Shown here: piece by piece, positions 19,956-29,039 of the stretch
Numbering within the stretch: the stretch's first letter is position 1
Layout of the letters: every line of letters begins with the position of its first letter
Position numbers and translations under genes: made by a program
The notes under the pieces: generated by a model
Told to the model about the DNA's origin: nothing
The model's database searches: none
What the model saw: only the letters and a program-made list of their open reading frames with translations
Assembly: GCA_027078545.1 (NCBI GenBank)
Contig: JALWXN010000004.1
Span: 448,001-512,000, forward strand
Direction of reading: 5' to 3'
DNA: 64,000 nucleotides
Origin: Nitrososphaeria archaeon
Lineage (GTDB): Archaea; Thermoproteota; Nitrososphaeria; Geothermarchaeales; JDFR-13

Positions 19956-20528
19956 ATGACTGACGACGCCGTGAGGCTTGTATTGGCAATCGTGTTGATC
20001 CTACTCATAGGCATATTCCTCATACCACTTTTGATGATGCTCTTCATGGGCTTCCAGTTCTCCATGCCCATGATGCAGGGCATGATGGGGGACGGTGCAC
20101 ATATGTTCGGGATGTTCATACCCTTCTGGTCCGTCTTCCTGATCCTATTGGTCCTCCTGGCCGGGGTGATATACCTCCTCTCGACGGATAGGGGGAGGGG
20201 CCTATATACTCGTGAGGGTGGAAGGGTGGTTGTAGAGCCCGTGGCTAGGGAGGAGGCTAGGGATGATGCTGTGGAGCGGGGTGATGAGGAGCCTGAGATA
20301 ATGAGGGTCTTGAAGCCTGATGAGCGCCGTGTAGTTGAGCTCCTGATCGAGAATGGGGGTGTGATGCTCCAGAAGGATCTCAGGTGGGAGCTGGGCATGA
20401 ATAGGGTGCAGATACATAGGATCCTTGAGAGGCTGGAGGAGCGTAACATCATTGTCAGACGGTCTGTAGGGAATACTAATGAGGTTCGCCTGGCGGACTG
20501 GTTGATGAAGCGTTACAAACGGGAGTAG
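19956..20528 (+). CDS. Membrane-anchored wHTH protein with Met-rich loop
   Basis: Two TM segments flanking MPMMQGMMGDGAHM; C-terminal L.PDERRVV...LQKDL...RILERLEER.II...GNTN. Confidence 0.8.
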   Translation: MTDDAVRLVLAIVLILLIGIFLIPLLMMLFMGFQFSMPMMQGMMGDGAHMFGMFIPFWSVFLILLVLLAGVIYLLSTDRGRGLYTREGGRVVVEPVAREEARDDAVERGDEEPEIMRVLKPDERRVVELLIENGGVMLQKDLRWELGMNRVQIHRILERLEERNIIVRRSVGNTNEVRLADWLMKRYKRE

Positions 20529-20572
20529 GGGGTCGTTACAGGCGTTACACGTAACTACTATATAACGTTTCA
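20511..20572. promoter_or_regulatory. Clustered CGTTACA direct and inverted repeats around a TATA box
   Basis: CGTTACA at 20511, 20534 and 20543; GTTAC-AC-GTAAC palindrome 20544-20555; TATATAA 20559-20565. Confidence 0.65.
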
Positions 20573-20599
20573 GCAGATGGACTACCCGGTGAAAGCGGT

Positions 20600-21028
20600 A
20601 TGAGGACTGGATACCTCGTGTTGATACTGGCTGGACTACTCGGACTGGGGATAGCGGCTGCCTACACTACGCAGCAGGTCTGGATGTGGTGGCCGATGCC
20701 TATGCAGATGGGCGTGCCTATGCAGGGCATGGGCGGTATGCCCGGTGGTATGCAGGGTGGCATGATGAACGGTATGCAGGGCGGTATGATGAATGGTATG
20801 CCTGGAGGGATGATGGGCGGCATGGGCCAGCCCATGGCTGGGGATCACGGTGGTATGATGGGTGGCATGAACGGCATGGGTGGAATGGGTGGTATGGGCC
20901 AGATGGATTGTGAGTCGATGATGGCTCAGCACCAGGCCATGATGGAGTCGATGATGGCTAATATGGAGCAGTGCATGTCGATGATGGAGAGCCACATGGC
21001 TGGCCATGGAGAGGGCGGGTCCCACTAG
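20600..21028 (+). CDS. Exported or membrane-anchored Met/Gly-rich low-complexity protein (putative Cu/Ag binding)
   Basis: N-terminal hydrophobic signal; repeated GGMMNGMQ units; C-terminal Cys/Met/His helix. Confidence 0.75.
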   Translation: MRTGYLVLILAGLLGLGIAAAYTTQQVWMWWPMPMQMGVPMQGMGGMPGGMQGGMMNGMQGGMMNGMPGGMMGGMGQPMAGDHGGMMGGMNGMGGMGGMGQMDCESMMAQHQAMMESMMANMEQCMSMMESHMAGHGEGGSH

Positions 21029-21075
21029 GGATACATCCCCTGACTCCTAGCCTCAATTTTTTATTTATATCGTCC

Positions 21076-21615
21076 TTATCTAGCTAGTCTGGCCCCGAAT
21101 CCTATGAGCCATACTAATACTGGGTAGACTATCATCCTCTCCATCCCGCCTCTGCCTAGGCCTAGATATGTGTCTGTGGCGAAGAGTATCAGGGCTATTA
21201 GGGATATTATCCCCATTACTCCCCATAGGATGGATATCGGCTTCTCGTCGAGCCTATAGCTGTAGAGAGCCGCCAGGCCTGAGAATAGGAAGGCTGTGAA
21301 GGCCGAGACGGCGTGTGGGAGGGGGTTGTCCATGGGGAATAGTCCGACCCCTACAGCCCCGGCACTGGATAGTCCTAGGAGTATGCTGAATAGCCTCCAC
21401 TCCTTGCTGAGTAGGTATGATGCCCATAGCCCAAGTAGGCCTAGGATTATCACTCCGATGTTGAATATCCACGCATTCTCTCCCACGCCCAGTGCGCTGA
21501 TCACGTCTTGTGAGACGCTGTAGCCAGGCCTGAGGAACTCCGCGGTCTTCCAGGTTAGGAGGAAGAGTGTAGAGCCTATTACCATGAGTATTCCAGCTCT
21601 TGATCTCTCATCCAT
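21076..21615 (-). CDS. DUF998-family membrane protein
   Basis: PGYS....ISALG, VGLFP, H...A, GGMER motifs. Confidence 0.75.
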   Translation of the reverse strand: MDERSRAGILMVIGSTLFLLTWKTAEFLRPGYSVSQDVISALGVGENAWIFNIGVIILGLLGLWASYLLSKEWRLFSILLGLSSAGAVGVGLFPMDNPLPHAVSAFTAFLFSGLAALYSYRLDEKPISILWGVMGIISLIALILFATDTYLGLGRGGMERMIVYPVLVWLIGFGARLAR

Positions 21616-21780
21616 GTCAGGCCATATACCACTTAAACCATTATTAAAGAAGATCTTTGGCTTACCCCCTCATCAGGTGTCGGCCGTCTATAATCCTCTG
21701 TTGGGTAAGGAATCCTACCAGTTAGGTAACTCTTAAATCTGACCCCGACAATTTTTTTGGTATATTACAGGGGTGTCTCT

Positions 21781-23130
21781 TTGAGCGGTGGTGGGGATTC
21801 TAGGAGGGAGTTTGTGAAGATTGCTGGTGCTGGTGTGGCTGGCCTGGCTGTGGGCTATGGTCTAGGCATGTTCTCCGCGCCCGGTCCTGCCGAGGAGCCT
21901 GTGGAGGAGCCTGTTGAGAAGCCGGTGGAGGGTCTTCCAGGGATTCCGGACGAGCCTCTCAAGATAGGGTATATCTACTTCATGACTGGTGCCCTGGGTA
22001 CTTATGGCACTAATGCGGCTGCTGCTATCGAGCTGGCTGTCGAGGAGATTAATGAGATGGGTGGGATACTGGGTAGGAGGATCGAGCTTACAAACGCTGA
22101 TGAGGCGGATAGGGAGCGTGTCCTAGACAATATTGCGAGGATGGTTCAGGACGAGGGTGCGGAGATAATTATTGGGCTGGATAGTAGTGGGGATGCGCTC
22201 AAGGCTATACCGCTGATCGAGGAGGAGCTCCAGGTCCCCCTGATAGTCACCCATGCGGCTACCCCGAAGCTCACGGAGTGTGGGAGGAGGAAGTATATCT
22301 TCAGGGTCAGTATGTATGAGGAGCCTATAGACATCCTGGGGGCTGAGATAGTTAAGCAGCTCTATGAGGGAGAGGTGACTAGGGTAGCCAATATAGGGCC
22401 TGACTATGCATATGGATACGACTCATGGACGATATTCTCTGGTAAGCTCCAGGAGCTCATGCCTGACCTAGAGTTCCTAGACCCTATCTATACACCGCTC
22501 TTCACAACAGACTTCGGCACGTATATCGACCAGATAAAGAATAGTGGGGCCGACCTACTCTTCTCCAGCCTATGGGGAGGTGACGCCGCCACCTTCTTCA
22601 AACAGGCTGTCGCGAAGGGGCTCTTCGACAGTGTGAAGGTCTATATGAATGCGATGCTGGGTGCTACGGATACCCTCGAGGCTATAGGCGATGAGAATGT
22701 CCCTGACGGTGTCGATGTATGGGGTAGTGGGCGTTACTGGTTCCTCTACCCGCCACACGACGTATATCCATTGAACAAGGAGTTTGTGGAGAAGTTCCTC
22801 GACAAGACTGGTAACTATCCACCGTACGTGGCGGCAACTAGCTATGTTGCTGTCTACGCCGTGAAGGCGGCTATAGAGAGGGCATACCTATCCCTAGAGA
22901 AGTGGCCAGAGGTCGATGACTTTGTGGAGGCTCTCGAGGGCTTAACCGTCCCTGGACCGATGGGGCCTGTATACATAAGGCCTGAGGATCACCAGGGGCT
23001 CTACGACGTGTATTGGGGCCGTCTCCGCAGGGGTGGGCCTGAATACCCGATACCTATACTGGACGACCTCGTGGTGGTCCCACCCGCCAAGGTGGTTCCG
23101 AAGCCCTTCGAGACTATGGTGAGCTGTTGA
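21781..23130 (+). CDS. Branched-chain amino acid-type ABC substrate-binding protein, Tat signal
   Basis: SRREFVK twin-arginine signal; EEINEMGGILGRRIE; DYAYG; start approximate (TTG). Confidence 0.85.
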   Translation: MSGGGDSRREFVKIAGAGVAGLAVGYGLGMFSAPGPAEEPVEEPVEKPVEGLPGIPDEPLKIGYIYFMTGALGTYGTNAAAAIELAVEEINEMGGILGRRIELTNADEADRERVLDNIARMVQDEGAEIIIGLDSSGDALKAIPLIEEELQVPLIVTHAATPKLTECGRRKYIFRVSMYEEPIDILGAEIVKQLYEGEVTRVANIGPDYAYGYDSWTIFSGKLQELMPDLEFLDPIYTPLFTTDFGTYIDQIKNSGADLLFSSLWGGDAATFFKQAVAKGLFDSVKVYMNAMLGATDTLEAIGDENVPDGVDVWGSGRYWFLYPPHDVYPLNKEFVEKFLDKTGNYPPYVAATSYVAVYAVKAAIERAYLSLEKWPEVDDFVEALEGLTVPGPMGPVYIRPEDHQGLYDVYWGRLRRGGPEYPIPILDDLVVVPPAKVVPKPFETMVSC

Positions 23131-23185
23131 TCACCCATAACCCCACAACTTTTTATAATGTGCTCTATGTAGATGGGGTGGGTAG

Positions 23186-24073
23186 ATGGATATAAGCCTT
23201 ATAGTGGTGCAGGCCTTCAACGCATTGTTCTATGCCTCCATCCTATTCCTAATATCCTCTGGGCTAAGCCTGATCTATGGGATTATGAGGATCCTGAACC
23301 TTAGCCATGGAGCCCTATACATGGTGGGTGCATATGTAACCTATACAGTCGTCATACTCTGGCTTGGTCTAGACTGGTTCTCAATGATCCTGGGATACCT
23401 AGCCTCTATACTGGTCGTCGGCGGCCTGGGAATCTTGGTCGAGAGGATCCTCCTCAAGCCACTCTATGGGAAGAGTCATGACCTCCAGCTCCTACTGACC
23501 TTCGCCCTGATCCTAATACTTGATGACGTGGTTAAGATGATATGGGGGCCTGAGTATAGGGCCTTCCCAAAGCTCCCCGGATTCTCTATTCCTGTGGGCG
23601 ACTTCCAGGTCCCGATATACTTCATATTCACAGTACTACTAGGCTTCTCTGTGGCTATAGTTCTACACCTATTCTTCACACGTACCACGGTGGGTAAGAT
23701 GATCCGGGCGATGACCTATAGCCCGGAGGTAGCCTCGGCCCTAGGGATAAATACCGATAGGCTCTTCGCCCTTTCATTCGGCTTGGGAGCGGCGTTGGCC
23801 GGCTTGGCTGGGGGTGTAGCCGTCCCCCTCTATACAGCGTCTCCAGGCATGGGTACGGAGGTAATCGTCCTGAGCTTCGCGGTCATAGTCATCGGGGGTA
23901 TGGGTAGTATCAAGGGTGCCCTCCTAGGCTCATTGATAGTTGGCTTCAGCAGGGTCTTCATGGTCATGCTGTTCCCGGTCATGGAGATCGCCCTCATCTA
24001 CATCATAATGGCGCTAATCCTCCTCGTCAAGCCTACTGGACTATTCGGGATGGAGATGAGGGAGAGGAGATGA
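23186..24073 (+). CDS. livH: Branched-chain amino acid ABC permease
   Basis: GLSLIYG...NLSHG, GGMGS, KPTGLFG. Confidence 0.88.
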   Translation: MDISLIVVQAFNALFYASILFLISSGLSLIYGIMRILNLSHGALYMVGAYVTYTVVILWLGLDWFSMILGYLASILVVGGLGILVERILLKPLYGKSHDLQLLLTFALILILDDVVKMIWGPEYRAFPKLPGFSIPVGDFQVPIYFIFTVLLGFSVAIVLHLFFTRTTVGKMIRAMTYSPEVASALGINTDRLFALSFGLGAALAGLAGGVAVPLYTASPGMGTEVIVLSFAVIVIGGMGSIKGALLGSLIVGFSRVFMVMLFPVMEIALIYIIMALILLVKPTGLFGMEMRERR

Positions 24074-24987
24074 GGAGGGATGCGGAGCTATACTCGTTGA
24101 TACTCCTCCTAGGTGTACTGGCTGTCGCACCACTCTTCTCCACCCAGTATACTGTGAGGCTTCTAACCGTCGGCCTCCTATATGGACTCGCCGCGGTTGG
24201 GTTCAACCTCCTATATGGCTACACAGGGCTCCTCAGCTTTGGCCACGCGATGTTCTGGAGCGCGGGTGCCTATGGACTATCAATCGGTCTTGTCAGGCTA
24301 GGCCTCGACCCTCTCCAGAGTATAGGCCTTGCCTTCCTACTAACCCTCGTAGTGGCTCTGGCCACGGGATATCTGAGCCTGAGGCATACCGAGATATACT
24401 TCGCGATGCTCACCCTAGCCTTCGCCCAGCTCATCTACGCCTTAATAATAAAGCTGAGGGACGTTACAGGTGGGGATGAGGGTATCTATGGTATACCCCG
24501 CCCCATGGGGCTGGGCGAGTATTACTACCTAGTCCTGGCCATAGTCGCCTCCCTAGTCCTACTCGCCTGGTGGATAGTCAGGACGCCCCTGGGCCTCGGG
24601 TTCCAGGCGGTGCGGGACAACTCGTCCAGGGCTGCGTCTGTGGGCCTAGACGTCTCGAGGGTTAGGCTGGTGAGCTATGTGATTAGTGCCCTATACCTAT
24701 CCGTGGCCGGGATGCTATATGCACCTCTGAATAGGGCGATCACACCTGATATCGCCTTCTGGACCTTCAGCGCCATTATAGTGATTATGACGATCATAGG
24801 TGGTGTGAGGAGGGTTGCAGGGGCCTTCATAGGCGGCCTGATATTCATATTCATCAATATCAATGCTATGAGGTTTACCGAGTTCTGGCAGCTCATCCTT
24901 GGACTTATACTCGCGATACTCGTCTACCTAGCCCCTGAGGGGGTCTCGGGTATCGTCGAGAAGGTGGTGAGACGTGTCAGGGGCTGA
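24070..24987 (+). CDS. livM: Branched-chain amino acid ABC permease
   Basis: GYTGLLSFGH, YFAMLTLAF, TGGDEG. Confidence 0.88.
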   Translation: MRRDAELYSLILLLGVLAVAPLFSTQYTVRLLTVGLLYGLAAVGFNLLYGYTGLLSFGHAMFWSAGAYGLSIGLVRLGLDPLQSIGLAFLLTLVVALATGYLSLRHTEIYFAMLTLAFAQLIYALIIKLRDVTGGDEGIYGIPRPMGLGEYYYLVLAIVASLVLLAWWIVRTPLGLGFQAVRDNSSRAASVGLDVSRVRLVSYVISALYLSVAGMLYAPLNRAITPDIAFWTFSAIIVIMTIIGGVRRVAGAFIGGLIFIFININAMRFTEFWQLILGLILAILVYLAPEGVSGIVEKVVRRVRG

Positions 24988-25756
24988 AGAGGTATTGGTT
25001 GCTGAGGATCTCCATAAATGGTTCGGTAAGCTCCACGCCGTTGATGGGGTTTCCTTCAGGCTTAGGAGGGGTGAGGTCCTATCCATCGTGGGTCCCAACG
25101 GCGCGGGTAAGACGACTCTTCTCAACCTGATAAGCGGGGTTGTGAAGCCCGATGCTGGTAGGGTCTTCCTTAGGAGGAGTGGTGAGCTGGTCGATATCAC
25201 TGGGAGGCCTCCCCATGAGGTGACTAGGCTTGGCCTCGGGAGATCATTTCAAATACCAAACATATTTGATGGGCTGACGGTGGAGGAGAATATATTAATA
25301 TCCCTCCTCACAAGGACGGGTAGGACAGGGGTCGTGAGGAGGGGCTATAGGGACTTCCCAGAGCTTGAGGAGGAGCTTAGCGAGATTATAGAGACCTTCG
25401 GCCTGGGGGAGGTTCGTGGGAGGCTCGGCTCCGAGCTCAGCCATGGGATGAGGAAGAAGCTGGATATAGCCGTATCCTTCGCGTTGAGGCCGATGGTCCT
25501 CCTCCTTGATGAGCCTACCTCCGGCCTGACACAGGGGGAGAAGAGGGATATGGTTGGCCTCATAAAGGGGCTTAGGGGTGGGGAGTACTCATTCATCATA
25601 GTTGAGCATGACCTGGATGTTGTGAGGGAGGTCTCGGACAGCCTAATAGTGATGCATGAGGGCCGTGTACTGGCTCATGACGAGCCGGAGAAGGTTCTAC
25701 AGATGTCCGAGGTCATATCCGCATATCTAGGGGGTTATCATGAGGCTATACGCTAG
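24974..25756 (+). CDS. livG: Branched-chain amino acid ABC ATPase
   Basis: GPNGAGKTT, RSFQ, LLDEP, VEHD, AYLG. Confidence 0.88.
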   Translation: MSGAEEVLVAEDLHKWFGKLHAVDGVSFRLRRGEVLSIVGPNGAGKTTLLNLISGVVKPDAGRVFLRRSGELVDITGRPPHEVTRLGLGRSFQIPNIFDGLTVEENILISLLTRTGRTGVVRRGYRDFPELEEELSEIIETFGLGEVRGRLGSELSHGMRKKLDIAVSFALRPMVLLLDEPTSGLTQGEKRDMVGLIKGLRGGEYSFIIVEHDLDVVREVSDSLIVMHEGRVLAHDEPEKVLQMSEVISAYLGGYHEAIR

Positions 25757-26450
25757 GGATCTAGAGGTATGGATAGGTGGGGTAAAGGTATTGTCAGGGG
25801 TCTCCCTAGACGTCTCCGAGGGTGAGGTCGTGGGCCTAATAGGTAGGAACGGGGCGGGCAAGACGACGACCCTACATACATTGATGGGGCTGGTCAGGCC
25901 CAGGTCGGGCAAGGTATACCTGGAGAGGGACGGTGTAGAGCTTGAGGTGACTGGTAGTAAGCCGTATAGGATAGCAGGGATGGGTGTCTCCCTAGTCCCA
26001 CAGGGTAGGTACATCTTCCCAGACCTCACCGTGATGGAGAATCTAGAGGTTGCCTATGGAGGTAGGGTCCCAGAAGGCCTCCTCAATGAGGTGTTCCAAT
26101 ACTTCCCGGAGCTTGGACGTATACGGGATCGTCTGGGTATACACCTGAGCGGTGGGGAGCAGCAGATGCTCGCTATAGCCAGGGCCCTTGTGAGGAGGCC
26201 CAGGATAATATTGATGGATGAGCCGCTGGAGGGCCTCGCACCTAAGATAGTGGCCAGCCTCAGGGAGGTCATCAAGAGGCTGAGGGGTGAGGGGATAGGC
26301 ATCCTCATGACTGAGGCTGGGAACATCAAGCGTGTAAGGGATCTCGTGGATAGGGTATATGGTATCGACAGGGGTGAGATAGTATTCTCAGGCGGGATAG
26401 AGGATATGCTTAGGGACGAGGCTGTACGTAGACGTATATGGGGGGTATAA
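25740..26450 (+). CDS. livF: Branched-chain amino acid ABC ATPase
   Basis: GRNGAGKTT, LSGGEQQML, DEP.EGLAP. Confidence 0.88.
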   Translation: MRLYARDLEVWIGGVKVLSGVSLDVSEGEVVGLIGRNGAGKTTTLHTLMGLVRPRSGKVYLERDGVELEVTGSKPYRIAGMGVSLVPQGRYIFPDLTVMENLEVAYGGRVPEGLLNEVFQYFPELGRIRDRLGIHLSGGEQQMLAIARALVRRPRIILMDEPLEGLAPKIVASLREVIKRLRGEGIGILMTEAGNIKRVRDLVDRVYGIDRGEIVFSGGIEDMLRDEAVRRRIWGV

Positions 26451-26476
26451 AAAAGAGGGGTGGGGGTGCCTACCAA

Positions 26477-26647
26477 CTAGTCCTTGATAGCCTTCTTAAC
26501 CTGCTCTACAAGCTCCGGCGGGATCTCCTCCATCCCATGGTCATGCTTGGCATGCTCAGCTATCTTCTCCATCAGCTCCTCGACGGTTGGTGCTTCGGCC
26601 TCCCAGCCACAATCCATGCCTAGGTCTCTACAGGCGAACTTGGGCAT
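26477..26647 (-). CDS. DUF1059-family small metal-binding protein (56 aa, absent from the ORF track)
   Basis: Manual translation MPKFACRDLGMDCGWEAEAPTVEELMEKIAEHAKHDHGMEEIPPELVEQVKKAIKD*. Confidence 0.85.
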   Translation of the reverse strand: MPKFACRDLGMDCGWEAEAPTVEELMEKIAEHAKHDHGMEEIPPELVEQVKKAIKD

Positions 26648-26722
26648 AGTACATCGACAATTGATTTCTAACCGGTACTAATAAATTTGTATCGATATAG
26701 CCCAGCACTCATAGGTGATGAC

Positions 26723-27748
26723 CTATCCACTATACATCTTCTCGAGTAGTTCTATCCCCCTCTCTATGCTGGTGTCTCTGCTGATGACTATGCTTATCAG
26801 CCTCGCTATTGCAGGGGCTGCAGTCAGGCCTGGGCTGTCTATACCGTATAGGATTATATCCCTCCCTACTCTCCGTATTACGTAGTCATCCCTCGGCATG
26901 TTTATCGGTCTCACCCCCTTGTCTATAGATATTGGCTCTGGCCTCTCCCGTAGGAGGGGTTGGAACCTATGGTATATCCTCCTGGCCTCCGTCTCTGGGT
27001 CTGGATCTTCGTCGAGCCATGCGAAGCCTGGGCCCATTATGCTGTAGCCCCTATGGGGGATTATGGCGCCCCCCTTGGTATACTTCTTTCCCAGGCTCGG
27101 GAGTGGGGCTATAATGTTCTCGGTCTCGAGGTCTATCCTGAGCATGACCCCTAGGCTCAGCCTATGCCTAGGTGGGTCGTCCCCTATCATCCTCCCTATC
27201 CTGTAGCTCTCCGGCCCGGCGGCGTAGATATGTATGGCTTCTCCACATCCCAGGTGCTCCTCCCCCATCCTTATCTGGGCCCCACTCTCCCTCGCCTCCC
27301 TAGCCAGCTGGCCAAGTAGTTCCCTGGGCTCGACTACTCCGTAGCCCTCCACGACTATCGCCTTCTCAAAGATCGGGTTTAGGGACGGCTCGATCCTATG
27401 GGGCTGCCTAATTATCTCCGCATCGATACTATTCCTCCTCAGTATCCAGGCTATCGCCCTGGCCTCCGCCCCGCCTATCAATCCCCTATAGGGGATGAGT
27501 AGTCTTGTCCACCTGGGCTCTACCCAGTCTATCTCCTCTCTATAGATGTGGTGTCCTATCCTCATCAGCCTGGTCTTTAGGCTGTTGAAGGGTGTCTGTA
27601 TCCTGTGTAGGACCCCCGCGTTGTGGCCTGATGCCCCGCATCCCAGCTCCCTACACTTCTCATAGAGTGTCACTCCGTATCCCATTCCCGCCATTGTATA
27701 GGCTGTGAATAGCCCTACCACTCCCCCGCCGACTACATGTATCTCCAA
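26723..27748 (-). CDS. FAD-dependent oxidoreductase (GlpA/L-2-hydroxyglutarate oxidase-like)
   Basis: GGGVVG, ASGHNAGVLH, GVRP, GIDSPGLTAAPAIA. Confidence 0.8.
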   Translation of the reverse strand: MEIHVVGGGVVGLFTAYTMAGMGYGVTLYEKCRELGCGASGHNAGVLHRIQTPFNSLKTRLMRIGHHIYREEIDWVEPRWTRLLIPYRGLIGGAEARAIAWILRRNSIDAEIIRQPHRIEPSLNPIFEKAIVVEGYGVVEPRELLGQLAREARESGAQIRMGEEHLGCGEAIHIYAAGPESYRIGRMIGDDPPRHRLSLGVMLRIDLETENIIAPLPSLGKKYTKGGAIIPHRGYSIMGPGFAWLDEDPDPETEARRIYHRFQPLLRERPEPISIDKGVRPINMPRDDYVIRRVGRDIILYGIDSPGLTAAPAIARLISIVISRDTSIERGIELLEKMYSG

Positions 27749-27773
27749 CTCCCCGGCACCCTAGGGGTAAATA

Positions 27774-29039
27774 TTGTCTAGCCGTGATATGATATGTGTG
27801 GAGCCGGGCCTATGTATTCTGGACATAGGTACATCCTCGGTGAAGGCGTGGATCGATGGCGAGGTCAGGATAGTTAGGCTTGTGCAGCTGGATAGTGGTG
27901 TCCTCGACCCAGGGCCTATAGACTCCTTGATAGACCTGATCGATAGGCGTGGATACAGGGTTGTGGTGACCGGGCAGAGGGCGTCGGCCATGGGCTGGGG
28001 TGATGAGGGGCGTAGCCCCATCTATACCTGGAGATCAGGCCTTGGTAGGGAGGTGCTTAGGGAGGTATATGCAACGGGTGATCCGCTGGCCAGCCTATTC
28101 CTCAGACCCGCGTCGTCAGGGCCTAGGCTCAAGCTCCTCCTAGACATGGGGTATAGGTACGTCGGTGGTGTGGAGACCTATATCTCATGGAGGCTCGACG
28201 GGAGATACGTGGTGGACTATGCCTATGCCCATACCTATGGCTTGTTAGACCCATTCTCAAGGACCTATGTGGAGCATCTCCTCAACACCCTAGGTATAGA
28301 TGGTGATAGGCTGCCCCAGCCAGTGGATAGCTACGAGGAGGGTGGTAGGCTCGTCCTACAGATACCTGATCAGTCGGCGGCCTACTATGGGGAGGATCCC
28401 ACACTATCCTCTGCCAAGCTGACCCTGGGTACAGGGTGCTTCGCCGGGATATATACTGGTGACTCCCCCCTGGGCGATCTTGAGAAGGGGATTGTGCCGA
28501 TGATGCTGGATGGACTCGGTGGCTTCATGGCCGAGGCCTATCTATCCAGCTGGGGCGACCTCCTCGACGAGTACCTGGCTAGGAAGGGACTTGGATATGA
28601 TTATCTAGAGGATTTGGATCTCGGGAGGCGTGTATTCAGGGTGCCTAGCAAGATATTGTCTGGGAGCATGCCATCAGGGGGAGCTGGTGATGATGACCCC
28701 GATATAGTTGATCTGGTCCACGCCTTGGTGGCGGGGGCGGGCTATGTCGCCCGGCTCATCCATGGTGTGAAGAGTTTCGAACGGATATACCTGGGTGGTG
28801 GAGGGGCGTTGTCAAGGGTTGTTAGGCAGGGACTGGCCGATATACTTGGGCTGGAGGTGGTTGTTAGGGGTAGTCCGAGGCTATCAACGATCCATGGAGC
28901 CTATGCATATCTACTCAAGAGGCGTGGCGATGACCCTGTCGGGTATATAGAGGGGGCTAGGCCTGTCGAGGAGGTCTTGACCCCTAAGAGAGACCTCTCA
29001 TGGATGGTCGACGCCTTCGGTGGGAGGCTAGGGTCTTAG
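27774..29039 (+). CDS. FGGY-family (glycerol kinase-like) carbohydrate kinase, divergent
   Basis: LDIGTSSVK, TGQR, PDQSAA, KLTLGTGCF, GGG. Confidence 0.75.
   Translation: MSSRDMICVEPGLCILDIGTSSVKAWIDGEVRIVRLVQLDSGVLDPGPIDSLIDLIDRRGYRVVVTGQRASAMGWGDEGRSPIYTWRSGLGREVLREVYATGDPLASLFLRPASSGPRLKLLLDMGYRYVGGVETYISWRLDGRYVVDYAYAHTYGLLDPFSRTYVEHLLNTLGIDGDRLPQPVDSYEEGGRLVLQIPDQSAAYYGEDPTLSSAKLTLGTGCFAGIYTGDSPLGDLEKGIVPMMLDGLGGFMAEAYLSSWGDLLDEYLARKGLGYDYLEDLDLGRRVFRVPSKILSGSMPSGGAGDDDPDIVDLVHALVAGAGYVARLIHGVKSFERIYLGGGGALSRVVRQGLADILGLEVVVRGSPRLSTIHGAYAYLLKRRGDDPVGYIEGARPVEEVLTPKRDLSWMVDAFGGRLGS

Noticed and set aside
20636-21025. His-rich 129-aa minus-strand ORF
   Set aside because: Antisense shadow of ATG-rich codons in the Met-rich gene, which has the signal peptide, RBS and promoter
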